Positions 11,618 through 20,416 are shown, numbered from the stretch's first letter. The stretch is 64,000 bases of DNA from an uncultured Spirochaetota bacterium (GCA_963734495.1 CAVTHK010000011.1:224001-288000), one strand, 5' to 3'. Notes: generated by a model from the sequence alone, not told the origin. Numbers and translations are program-made.

Positions 11618-12613
11618 TCATGCCCCTCTGCTTCCGAACCTGATCCGCGGGTCGGCCCATGCGAGCAGGATGTCCGACACGAGGGTGCCGAGCACCGTCA
11701 TGGCCGCGAGCATCATCACGAACGTTCCGGCCAGGTACATGTCCTGGCTCATCAGCGCGCGAAGGAGCAGGGGCCCGGTCGTCGGAAGGCTCAGCACCAC
11801 TTCAACGATCGTGGAGCCCGATATGAGCGCCGGCAGCAGCCAGGCGATGCTGCTGATCAGAGGGTTGATCGCGATGCGAACCGGGTACTTGAAGAGGAGC
11901 GTTCGTTCGTCCAGGCCCTTGGCCCTTGCGGTTACCACGTACTGTTTCCGCAGCTCGTCGAGGAGGTTCCCGCGCATGATGCGGATGAGGGACGCGGTCC
12001 CCGATGCGCCGACCACCGCGACGGGGATCCAGAGGTGCTTGAGCAGATCGAATACGCGCGCAAGCGTCCACGGAGCGTCGACGTATTCCGCCGAGAAGAG
12101 CCCGCCGACGCTCACGCCAAACGCGCTGTAGGCGACAAACATCAGGACCAGCGCGAGCAGGAGGCTCGGCGTGGCCAGGCCGATGAAACCGAGCAGCGCA
12201 AGGACATGGTCCGCGAGCGTGTACTGGTGGGTGGCCGAGTAGACGCCGATCGGGATCGAGACGACCCAGGTAAAGAGCAGCGTGAACAGCGAGATCACGA
12301 CAGTCAGCAGCAGCCGCTCGCCGATCAGCTCCGCCACCGGCTTATTCCACTCGAAGGACTGGCCGAAGTCGCCGCGGAAGAATCCCGTGATCCACTTGAA
12401 GTATTGCGTGTACAGCGGCGCTTCGAGCCCGTAGCGCGCCTTGAGGCTGGCGATCTGGTCCTCGCTGACGCTCTCGCCGCTCTGGGAGAGCTGCGCGATG
12501 TACGTGGTGAGATAGTCGCCGGGCGGAAGCTGCATGATGACGAATGACACGACCGAGATGAGAAAGAGCGTCGGAAGCATGAGGACAATCCGTCGAGCCA
12601 CAAACGAGAGCAT
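11618..12613 (-). CDS. Peptide/oligosaccharide ABC permease (OppB/DppB-like)
   Basis: PPGD, GDFGQSF, YVVTARAKGL, ADPRIR. Confidence 0.94.
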   Translation of the reverse strand: MLSFVARRIVLMLPTLFLISVVSFVIMQLPPGDYLTTYIAQLSQSGESVSEDQIASLKARYGLEAPLYTQYFKWITGFFRGDFGQSFEWNKPVAELIGERLLLTVVISLFTLLFTWVVSIPIGVYSATHQYTLADHVLALLGFIGLATPSLLLALVLMFVAYSAFGVSVGGLFSAEYVDAPWTLARVFDLLKHLWIPVAVVGASGTASLIRIMRGNLLDELRKQYVVTARAKGLDERTLLFKYPVRIAINPLISSIAWLLPALISGSTIVEVVLSLPTTGPLLLRALMSQDMYLAGTFVMMLAAMTVLGTLVSDILLAWADPRIRFGSRGA

Positions 12614-12669
12614 GATCCTGCTCCCCGCGCCGAGCGGTCATCGCGGCTAAGCCAACGCGCGACTTCGGA

Positions 12670-12698
12670 ATGTTATGCTGCGCCCTCTCTGCTGTCAA
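12670..12698 (-). promoter_or_regulatory. Putative sigma70 promoter for oppBC-like genes
   Basis: Minus strand TTGACA-17bp-TAACAT. Confidence 0.6.
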
Positions 12699-12807
12699 AC
12701 CGACGGCGATACCTGAGGATTATGATGAGCTTTGCAGGGCCTGTGATGCCGGGCAGGCGCGAGTAGTTCCCGAGCGGGAGACGTGAGGCGCGCCCGGCTG
12801 CGCATCG

Positions 12808-12837
12808 TTGACGGCGCGCTGGAGCGTCCCGTAGAAT
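12808..12837 (+). promoter_or_regulatory. Putative sigma70 promoter for the SBP/QueG-like operon
   Basis: TTGACG-18bp-TAGAAT, about 250 nt upstream of the start codon. Confidence 0.55.
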
Positions 12838-13092
12838 GTGCACGCCGAGACGGGTCCCGCACGGCGGCCGCAACGCGACGGGTTCGTGCATCTTCGTGCG
12901 TCGGTGCACACGCCACGAACACGCGCATTCCGGAAGCCGAAGCGGGTGACTCGCGCAGCTCTTTGGCACCAGGAGTGAGGAGGCGCAGCCGGAATCAACA
13001 TGCCCGTCGGGGGAGGGAGGGGCCGGTTCCGTCATCTGCAACGTGTGGAGCTGGAGAGAAACCTGGCTCTGCAGAACAAGGAGATGGCTCAC

Positions 13093-15042
13093 ATGGCTCA
13101 AAGGACGTGGTTCGTAGCGGTCTTTGTGGTAGCTGTGTCTTGCCTGTGCTTCGCCGGCCCGCAGAAGGAGCAGCCTGCGGCCGGAGCGAAACCTGCCGCA
13201 ACCCCAACGGAAAAGCTCGCCGAATCCCCTGCGCTCGCCGATCTGGTCAAGTCCAAGGCGATCCCCGCCGTCGCGCAGAGGCTCCCCGAGAATCCGCTTG
13301 TGGTCCAGCCGGTCGAAGCGGTCGGGCGCTACGGCGGCAACATGCGCATGGGGCTCCTCGGGCCCGCCGACAGGGCGACGCAGTTCTGGACGTTCCTGTA
13401 CGAGCCGCTCGTGCGCTGGAACCGTGCGGGAGGCGAGGTCGTCGAGAACATCGCGGAGAAATGGACCGTCTCGGATGACGGCCGCAAGTACACCTTCAAC
13501 CTTAGGAAAGGGATCAAGTGGTCGGACGGAGACCCGATGACGTCGGGCGACCTCATGTTCTGGTACCAGAAGATCCTGCTCAACAAGGAACTCACGCCCG
13601 TGGTCCCCGGCTGGCTCGCGAGCGGGAAGGAGCCCGTCAAAGTCACCGCGCCCGACCCGAATACCGTCGTGTTCGAGTTCGCGCAGCCGAACGTGCTGTT
13701 CCTCGAGAACATCGCCTTCAACGGAAGCGCGCCTGGCGCCAACATCGTGCGGCCCGAGCACTACCTCAAACAGTTCCACCCCGACTACGTGCCGCTCGAG
13801 ACCCTCAAGGCCAAGGCGAAGGAGCGCGGGTTCGACCAGTGGTACAAGCTCTTCCTCGACCGCGCCGACTTCCTGCAGAACGGCGACTATCCCGTGCTCA
13901 CGGCCTGGAAGGTCATGGGCCCGCTCACGGAGAACCAGCAGAAGCTCAAGCGCAATGCCTTCTACTGGAAGGTCGATCCGGCGGGCAAGCAGCTTCCCTA
14001 CATCGACGACATCACCGTGCAGGTCGTGGAGAACCCTGAAGTATTGATGATGAAGGTGATCTCCGGCGATCTCGACTTCGACTTCGGGCACCTCACGCTC
14101 CCCAACTACCCGATGCTCAAGGAGAACCAGCAGAAGGGCGGCTACCGCGTGCTCCTCTGGAAGAAGGTGATGGGGACGCAGCTCGAGTTCATGCCGAACC
14201 TCAACCACCAGGATGCGGCCAAGCGCGAGATCTTCAGCAACAAGAAGTTCCGCGAGGCGCTCTCGCTCGCGATCAACAAGGACGAGATCAACGAGCTCTG
14301 CTTCATGGGGCTCGCGGAGACCCGCAACGCGACGGTCGCGAACGCGTGCCCGTACTTCACGCCCGGCATCGACAAGCTCTTCACCGAGTACAACGTCGAC
14401 AAGGCCAACAGGATGCTCGACGAGATCGGGCTCAACAAGCGGGACAGGGACGGCTTCCGACTCCGGCCGGACGGGCAGCCGCTGATGCTCACGATCGAGT
14501 ACCCGCCGCACACCGAGTTCGGCCCGTGGCAGGACATCGTGCACCTCGTGGGCGGCTACTGGAACAAGGTCGGAGTCCGCACGGCGGACAAGTCCATCGA
14601 CCGCTCGCTGTACGAGATCCGCACGCAGACGACGGAGATCGACTTCGTGCTCTGGACCTGGGGCCGCGGCATGCACCCGCTGATCGATCCCGCGTTCGTG
14701 TTCCCGATGAGGGCGGGCCACTTTACCGGCGCGCCCACGTACGCGATGTGGTACTCGACGCGGGGCAAGAGCGGCGAGAAGCCTTCGGGCGACATCCTCA
14801 AGGCGATGGACCTCTACGACAAGTTCACCGTGACGGTGAACCCCCAGGAGAGGCTCGCAGTCGGCAAGGAGATCATCAAGATCGCGGCGGAGAGCTGCTG
14901 GGGCATCCCTACGGTCGGGCTGGCGCCCGCGGTCGAAGTGGTCAAGGAGACCATGGGCAACGTGCCCAAGGAGAGCCTGCACGAGTGGGTTCTCATGCAG
15001 TTCGCTCACGTGAACCCGGAGCAGTTCTACTTCAAGAAATAG
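13093..15042 (+). CDS. ABC substrate-binding protein, family 5 (Opp/Dpp-type, oligosaccharide-binding-like subgroup)
   Basis: Signal peptide; RLPENPLVVQP, GRYGG, YTFNLRKGIKWSDG, RNAFYWKVDPAGKQLPYID, FREALSLAINK, PEQFYFK; AAGGAG RBS. Confidence 0.92.
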   Translation: MAQRTWFVAVFVVAVSCLCFAGPQKEQPAAGAKPAATPTEKLAESPALADLVKSKAIPAVAQRLPENPLVVQPVEAVGRYGGNMRMGLLGPADRATQFWTFLYEPLVRWNRAGGEVVENIAEKWTVSDDGRKYTFNLRKGIKWSDGDPMTSGDLMFWYQKILLNKELTPVVPGWLASGKEPVKVTAPDPNTVVFEFAQPNVLFLENIAFNGSAPGANIVRPEHYLKQFHPDYVPLETLKAKAKERGFDQWYKLFLDRADFLQNGDYPVLTAWKVMGPLTENQQKLKRNAFYWKVDPAGKQLPYIDDITVQVVENPEVLMMKVISGDLDFDFGHLTLPNYPMLKENQQKGGYRVLLWKKVMGTQLEFMPNLNHQDAAKREIFSNKKFREALSLAINKDEINELCFMGLAETRNATVANACPYFTPGIDKLFTEYNVDKANRMLDEIGLNKRDRDGFRLRPDGQPLMLTIEYPPHTEFGPWQDIVHLVGGYWNKVGVRTADKSIDRSLYEIRTQTTEIDFVLWTWGRGMHPLIDPAFVFPMRAGHFTGAPTYAMWYSTRGKSGEKPSGDILKAMDLYDKFTVTVNPQERLAVGKEIIKIAAESCWGIPTVGLAPAVEVVKETMGNVPKESLHEWVLMQFAHVNPEQFYFKK

Positions 15043-15054
15043 GGGATGCGGCAG

Positions 15055-15082
15055 CGAGGGGAGGGATCTGTCCCTCCCCTCG
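15055..15082 (+). other. 12-bp stem-loop without U tract after the SBP gene (likely mRNA stabiliser permitting read-through)
   Basis: CGAGGGGAGGGA-TCTG-TCCCTCCCCTCG. Confidence 0.6.
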
Positions 15083-15121
15083 GCCGCCGCAAGCGCGATC
15101 GCACCGAAAAGGAGGCTGCTG

Positions 15122-15898
15122 ATGACGCGTGCTGCGCTCGAGGGGTTCGTGCACGATCTCGGGCTCGATCTCGTGGGCGTTGCGCCGATCGAGCGCTTTG
15201 CGGGCGTTGCGCCGGAGAGGCATCCCGCAACGATCTTTCCCGAAGCGAAGACCGTCGTTGTGATCGGGCTGGAGATCCCTCGCGGGACCTTCAGAGGAAT
15301 AGAAGAAGGAACCCTCTGGACTCGGGCGCCGCGGCAGCTCCCGCCCAAACAGACCTATCAGGTCGCGCGTTTCCTCGAGCAGGACGGGTGGGAGGCGGTG
15401 CCCGTTTCACCGCTCGCTCCCGAGCGGTGGCCCGACGGCGTCCCGGTGGCGGAGGGCAAGGTTCCGCCTAACGTGTCGCCGTCGCTCGAGAACGCGGCGG
15501 TTTCCGCCGGCCTCGGCGAGATCGGGCTGTGCGGGGTGTTCCTCACGCCGCAATTCGGGCCGCGCCAGTCGCTGGCGATGCTGATCACCGACGCCCCGCT
15601 CGAGCCGGGCCCCGCGCACGCGGGGACCATCTGCGACGGGGCGAGCTGCGCCGCGTGCGCGGCGGCTTGCCCACTCGGGGCCATCGACGTCAAGACTGCG
15701 ACGGTGAGCAGGAGAGCCTGCCGCCTCTGTCCCAACGGCGTGTTCGCCGACGAGACCTCGAAGCAGGCGGTGCCGAACTTCCTCACGGCCGCCTGCGTGC
15801 GCGCGTGCATCGCGCACCTCGAGGAAGCGGGCAAGCTCACCAAGCGCTACAACAGCCCGTTCCGCAAGCGCAAGCCGTGGGCCCAGGGCCTGGTCTAG
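15122..15898 (+). CDS. QueG/reductive dehalogenase-like cobamide Fe-S protein, paralog 1
   Basis: GLDLVGVA..ERF, AGLGEIG...FLTPQFGPRQ...ITDAPLEP; Cys motifs CDGASCAACAAACP, CRLC, CVRAC. Confidence 0.8.
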   Translation: MTRAALEGFVHDLGLDLVGVAPIERFAGVAPERHPATIFPEAKTVVVIGLEIPRGTFRGIEEGTLWTRAPRQLPPKQTYQVARFLEQDGWEAVPVSPLAPERWPDGVPVAEGKVPPNVSPSLENAAVSAGLGEIGLCGVFLTPQFGPRQSLAMLITDAPLEPGPAHAGTICDGASCAACAAACPLGAIDVKTATVSRRACRLCPNGVFADETSKQAVPNFLTAACVRACIAHLEEAGKLTKRYNSPFRKRKPWAQGLV

Positions 15899-15908
15899 AG
15901 GAGGCCGC

Positions 15909-16886
15909 ATGCTCACCAGCAAGATGGTCAAGGAGTTGGCGGTCAAGGCGGGCTTCGACCTGGCAGGCGTTGCGAACATCGAGCGCTTCGACGATGCTCC
16001 CCCGGAGATGCACCCCTGCACGATCTTCCCCGAGACGAAGAGCGTCGTGGTCATGGCCACGCGCATACTTCGCGGCTCCTACCGCGGCGTGGCGGAGGGG
16101 ACGGAGTGGTCCACGTACTGGATCTTCGGCTACGGCGCGGGGATCTACGGCATCCTCAACGAGGCGACGCGCCAGGTGCAGAGCTACATCGAGTCTTTCG
16201 GGTGGGAGGCGGTCCAGGCGCCGGGCAGCGCCACGCTTCCCGAGATGGGCCCGCTGCGGGAGCCCGTCGCTCCCGGTAAGCTCGCGAGCGACGTCACCGT
16301 TTCGTTCCGCCTCGCTGCCGCTGCCGCCGGCCTGGGCGAGCTCGGGCATGCGAAGGTCTTTCTCACGCCGCAGTTCGGCCCGAGGCAGCGGTTCGCCGTG
16401 GTCCTCACCGACGCGAAGCTCGAGCCGGATCCCCTCTTCGAAGGCACGCTGTGCGACGACTGCCGCAAGTGCGTCTCCGCGTGCCCCGGCGGCGCGATCG
16501 GCAAGAGCCGGACGGTTTCGACCGAGATCGACGGCCGCAAGTTCAAGTGGGCGCCTCTCGACTACGGCAAGTGCAAGCTCACCCACTGGGGGTTCAACAA
16601 GGCGGCTTCGCCCTTTGTCGCCAGGGACCTGCCGGGGCTCGTCCTGCCGATCGGCAGCCAGCGCATGAAGTGGAGAGAGGCGTACGATTTCGGGTGGACG
16701 CTCGCGAACCGGGTCGGATACATCCAGGTCGTCTCCAGGGGCATCACGGAGATCGAGCAGCCTGGCCGCCCCGGATCGATCTGCGCGGCCCGAGGCTGCA
16801 TCCAGGCGTGCGACGCCTGCCTCTCGGCTTCGGGCGTCATCCCGGGGAAACGAAGCGCGACGAGGGCATCGAGGAGGGCGAATTAA
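15909..16886 (+). CDS. QueG/reductive dehalogenase-like cobamide Fe-S protein, paralog 2
   Basis: GFDLAGVA..ERF, AGLGELG..KVFLTPQFGPRQRF...TDAKLEPDP; CDDCRKCVSACP, GKC, CAARGCIQAC. Confidence 0.82.
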   Translation: MLTSKMVKELAVKAGFDLAGVANIERFDDAPPEMHPCTIFPETKSVVVMATRILRGSYRGVAEGTEWSTYWIFGYGAGIYGILNEATRQVQSYIESFGWEAVQAPGSATLPEMGPLREPVAPGKLASDVTVSFRLAAAAAGLGELGHAKVFLTPQFGPRQRFAVVLTDAKLEPDPLFEGTLCDDCRKCVSACPGGAIGKSRTVSTEIDGRKFKWAPLDYGKCKLTHWGFNKAASPFVARDLPGLVLPIGSQRMKWREAYDFGWTLANRVGYIQVVSRGITEIEQPGRPGSICAARGCIQACDACLSASGVIPGKRSATRASRRAN

Positions 16887-16887
16887 G

Positions 16888-17778
16888 ATGAAGGGCGGCA
16901 GTCTCGCCGACGACGTCAAGAAGCTGGCCCGCGAGCTGGGCGCGGACCTCGTGGGGGTCGCGTCCGTGGATCGCTTCCAAGGGGCCCCGGACGAATACCA
17001 CCCCGACAGCCTGCTCCCGGGAACCATGAGCGTCATCAGCATTGCGATCCGCATCCTCCGGGGCGTGCAGATCCCGCAGCAGAGCCTGAAGCAGAACTAC
17101 CAGTACCAGATCTTCGGCTACGGGTGGCTGAGCCACATCCGGCTCAACTGGATCGCCTTCGAGGTCGCGCGCTTTCTGGAGGACCAGGGCCACGTGGCCC
17201 TGCCGTTCCCCTCGTTCTGCGACGACCAGTACGGCGACAAACATCCGTCATGGTTCCGGCGCACGAAGCCTTCGATCTCCAATCGGCACGCCGCGGTCGC
17301 CGCGGGTATCGCTCGGCTGGGATGGAGCAATCTCGCGATGACGCGGCAGTTCGGCACGCGGCAGCGGTTCGTGACGATCATGACGACCGCGGAGATCGGC
17401 CCCGATCCGCTCATCGAAGAGGATCTCTGCGACAAGTGCATGATCTGTGTGAAGGCGTGCCCCGGCAAGGCCATCTCGGGTTCCGAGGCGGTCAAGTACA
17501 GCCTGGCGGGCCTCGCGGTCGAGACGGGCGCGCTGAACAGGCCGAAGTGCTCTTGGTTCCACGATGGAATCGCGACGGAGACGTTCGGCACCGTGCCGCT
17601 CGCCCAGCCGCCTGACGTGACGTGGGAGCAGTTCCGGGAGGCGAGGCGGATCGTGGACTACGCGTCGCCGAGCCAGTTCGCGGGCAGAATCACCACGTTC
17701 ACGACCGGCGGCCATTGCGGCTTGTGCATCCTGTCGTGTCCCAAGGGCACGCAGTGGCGGCCGGGGAGGGCCCCATGA
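16888..17778 (+). CDS. QueG/reductive dehalogenase-like cobamide Fe-S protein, paralog 3
   Basis: LGADLVGVASVDRF, RHAAVAAGIARLG..MTRQFGTRQRF; CDKCMICVKACP, PKC, CGLCILSCP. Confidence 0.82.
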   Translation: MKGGSLADDVKKLARELGADLVGVASVDRFQGAPDEYHPDSLLPGTMSVISIAIRILRGVQIPQQSLKQNYQYQIFGYGWLSHIRLNWIAFEVARFLEDQGHVALPFPSFCDDQYGDKHPSWFRRTKPSISNRHAAVAAGIARLGWSNLAMTRQFGTRQRFVTIMTTAEIGPDPLIEEDLCDKCMICVKACPGKAISGSEAVKYSLAGLAVETGALNRPKCSWFHDGIATETFGTVPLAQPPDVTWEQFREARRIVDYASPSQFAGRITTFTTGGHCGLCILSCPKGTQWRPGRAP

Positions 17779-18725
17779 TCAGCTCAAAAGAGCTCAAGGC
17801 TGTCGCGAAAACCCACGGCGCGGACCTCGTCGGCATCGCATCGATGGACAGGTTCGAAGGCGCTCCCGTGCAGATGGACCCGCGACGCATCTTCCCGGAT
17901 GCGAGGGCGCTGATCGTCTGCGCCTGCCGCATCCCGCGTGGCGTGCTCATCGGGATCGAGGAAGGCACGTACTTCAACTCCTACTCGATGATGGGATACG
18001 CGGGCATCAACTTCGTTCGCATGCCGATGGTGCTCTGGAGCGTGACGAACTACCTGGAGGACGACGGGTACGACGCGCTCCCGATGGCGAACCATTTCCC
18101 CTGGTCCGCCATCTCGCTCGACAACGGGCGGATGCGCAAGTGGTGGAGCCGTCCCGTGGCTCCCGACAAGCCCGCGCCCGACGTCAGCGTGCACTTCCGG
18201 ATCGCCGCGTTTGCGGCGGGCCTCGGGGAAATCGGCTATAGCAAGGTTTTTCTCACGCCGCAGTTCGGCCCGCGGCAGCGTTTCGGGCTGATCCTCACGA
18301 ACGCCCCGCTGGAGCCCGACCCGCTGTTCGACGGCCGCATCTGCGACCGCTGCATGCTGTGCGCGCGCAACTGCACCGGCGACGCGATCAGCACGACGGA
18401 GACGGTCAAGGTCGCGGTCGCCGGCAGGCAGCTCGAGTGGGGCAAGCTGGACGAGGCCCGCTGCCGGATGGGGTTCCGCGGCGGCAATCCCGAGGCGAAC
18501 CCTTTCTTCGTGGACCAGCCGGAGCACATCTTCTGGCACGGCGAGGCCATCGAAGGGGCGGCGGGCTGCATCAGGGCCTGCATGCTCCACCTCGAGGAGA
18601 AGGGCGTCGTTGGAAACAAATTCCAGGAGCCGTTCCGGCGCCGCCCGCCGTGGTCGCTTCCGCGGGACTGGAAAAAGGACATCGCGCCCACGGCGCCGCG
18701 GCTGGAGCCACGAGAGGATCGTTGA
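17775..18725 (+). CDS. QueG/reductive dehalogenase-like cobamide Fe-S protein, paralog 4
   Basis: GADLVGIASMDRF, AGLGEIGYSKVFLTPQFGPRQRF..TNAPLEPDP; CDRCMLCARNCT, ARC, GCIRAC; ATGA overlap with paralog 3. Confidence 0.82.
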   Translation: MISSKELKAVAKTHGADLVGIASMDRFEGAPVQMDPRRIFPDARALIVCACRIPRGVLIGIEEGTYFNSYSMMGYAGINFVRMPMVLWSVTNYLEDDGYDALPMANHFPWSAISLDNGRMRKWWSRPVAPDKPAPDVSVHFRIAAFAAGLGEIGYSKVFLTPQFGPRQRFGLILTNAPLEPDPLFDGRICDRCMLCARNCTGDAISTTETVKVAVAGRQLEWGKLDEARCRMGFRGGNPEANPFFVDQPEHIFWHGEAIEGAAGCIRACMLHLEEKGVVGNKFQEPFRRRPPWSLPRDWKKDIAPTAPRLEPREDR

Positions 18726-18729
18726 GCCG

Positions 18730-19764
18730 ATGAGGTTCTCGGTCGGCTACCGCGTGATGCCCGGCGATCCCGACTTCTTTGCGGACATCGTCGAAGACTA
18801 CAGGGAGCGCGTCGACGAGGTGTACTTCGCCTGGCCGGAAGATCCTTCGGGGAGAACGCCCGTGCCGGCCAGCGCGCTCTCGCAGCTTCTCGAGGAGATC
18901 GCGCACATCGCGTCGCTGGGCGTCGGGCTGAACCTGCTCTTCAACGCTTCCTGCTACGGAGACGCGGCCCTTTCCGCGTCGCTGCGTGATCACGTCGTCG
19001 AGCTGGTGTCCCGCCTCTCCGAGGCGGGCCTGACGGCGGTGACAACGATGTCTCCGGTCATCGCCCGGGCGGTCAGGGCCGCGTTCCCGCACCTCGACGT
19101 GAGGGCTTCGGTGAACATGCGCCTGGGCACGGTCAGGGCAATGGAATACGTGTCGGGCCTGTTCGACAGCTACAACGTTCAGCGGGAGTACAACCGCAGA
19201 CCCGACCGCCTTTCGGAGCTCGGCAAGTGGGCGGGAGAAAACGGCAAGAAGCTCCACGTGCTCGTCAACAGCGGATGCCTGAGCTTCTGCTCCTTCCAGA
19301 CCTTTCACGACAACGTCGTGGCGCACGAAGCCGGGGTCAACCGCAACCGCAACGTCGCGGCCGCGCCGACTCTCTGCCGGGAGCTCTACTCCGACCGCGG
19401 GCGGTGGCCCGCCTTTCTGCAGGGATCGTGGATACGGCCGGAGGACATCGCGAAGCACAGGGCCTTCTTCGACGGCGGCTACAAGATCGCCGCCCGGATG
19501 CACGACAATCCGAGGATGGTGATCGACGCCTACGCGAAGGGGAGGTACTACGGGAACCTCCTGGACCTCATGGAGCCGGGCTTCGGGCCGGTCTTCGCTC
19601 CCCACGTGGTGGACAACCGCCGCTTCCCATCGGACTGGTTTTCGTCTACAACAGGATGTTCGTCGGACTGCGCGCGCTGCACCTACTGCGCGGACACGCT
19701 CGAGCGAGTGCTCGTCGACGTGGACACTCTCGCCGGCGCGCGGCGCGAGGAGGCGGTGACGTAG
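18730..19764 (+). CDS. Peptidase U32-family Fe-S protein (putative O2-independent hydroxylase-like)
   Basis: EVYFA, LFNASC, RASVN, QREYNR, LVNSGCLSFC, TLC, WIRPEDI, YKIAAR, GNLLDL; C-terminal CSSDCARCTYC. Confidence 0.7.
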   Translation: MRFSVGYRVMPGDPDFFADIVEDYRERVDEVYFAWPEDPSGRTPVPASALSQLLEEIAHIASLGVGLNLLFNASCYGDAALSASLRDHVVELVSRLSEAGLTAVTTMSPVIARAVRAAFPHLDVRASVNMRLGTVRAMEYVSGLFDSYNVQREYNRRPDRLSELGKWAGENGKKLHVLVNSGCLSFCSFQTFHDNVVAHEAGVNRNRNVAAAPTLCRELYSDRGRWPAFLQGSWIRPEDIAKHRAFFDGGYKIAARMHDNPRMVIDAYAKGRYYGNLLDLMEPGFGPVFAPHVVDNRRFPSDWFSSTTGCSSDCARCTYCADTLERVLVDVDTLAGARREEAVT

Positions 19765-19767
19765 CCT

Positions 19768-20001
19768 ATGCCGATCTACGAGTTCCGCTGCCGGGGATGC
19801 GGAGACGAGTTCGAGCTGCTCCTCAGGCGCGATGAGACAGCGGTCAAGTGCCCCGAGTGCTCGAGCGCGGACGTGGTGCGGAAGTTCAGCGCCTTTGCCG
19901 TCAAGTCCGGCGCTTCCAGGAATGACCTGTCGATGAGCTCGAGCGCGGGCGGCAGCTCCTGCGCCGGCTGCTCAGGCGGCCACTGCTCGACCTGTCACTG
20001 A
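19768..20001 (+). CDS. FmdB-family zinc-ribbon protein with extra C-terminal Cys cluster
   Basis: MPIYEFRCRGCG..FE..CPECSS..VVRKFSAF; C-term CAGCSGGHCSTCH. Confidence 0.88.
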   Translation: MPIYEFRCRGCGDEFELLLRRDETAVKCPECSSADVVRKFSAFAVKSGASRNDLSMSSSAGGSSCAGCSGGHCSTCH

Positions 20002-20028
20002 CCGCGGGCCCGGCAGGTCCGACAACCG

Positions 20029-20361
20029 CTACACTACGTACTCCGGTCTCATGGGCGTGAAGCACTCGATGACCTCGGAGTCTTCGAGGACCTCCGCGCT
20101 GTGGGTCTCCATCGAATCGAAGATGTAGCTGGCGCCCGGCTTCATGACCGCGCTCGAGCCGTCGCCGAACGTGAAGCGCACCCGCCCGCTCATGAGGTAT
20201 CCGACCTGCACCGCGGCGTGATTATGGGGCGGCACTTTGGCGCCCTTCTTCATCTTGAAATGACACAGCATGGTCTCGGCGTTGTAGGACATGGTCTTCC
20301 GGAAGATCCCGGGAAAGACTTCCACCTGCTTCAGCGCCTCGACGTTCGTGCTCCCGCCCAC
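20029..20361 (-). CDS. Cupin domain protein (KdgF-like)
   Basis: VPPHNHAAVQVGYLMSG...THSAEVLEDSEVIECFTPMRPEY; GTG start after GGAGG. Confidence 0.8.
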   Translation of the reverse strand: MGGSTNVEALKQVEVFPGIFRKTMSYNAETMLCHFKMKKGAKVPPHNHAAVQVGYLMSGRVRFTFGDGSSAVMKPGASYIFDSMETHSAEVLEDSEVIECFTPMRPEYVV

Positions 20362-20416
20362 CTCTCGTCCTCCCTTCCGATGCGACCTCGCGGCTTGCAG
20401 GCGCCTGTGCGCCGCC

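Noticed and set aside
12673-15348. Long antisense/alternative-frame ORFs (e.g. 891 aa here, 733 aa at 27741, 761 aa at 46045)
   Set aside because: These are shadow ORFs of real genes caused by high GC and codon bias. They are Arg/Gly/Ala-rich and show no motifs.
15122-18725. Calling these genes queG or respiratory rdhA
   Set aside because: No DYH-type QueG motif, no Tat signal and no rdhB anchor are seen, and there are four diverged copies. The family-level call is kept without a gene symbol.
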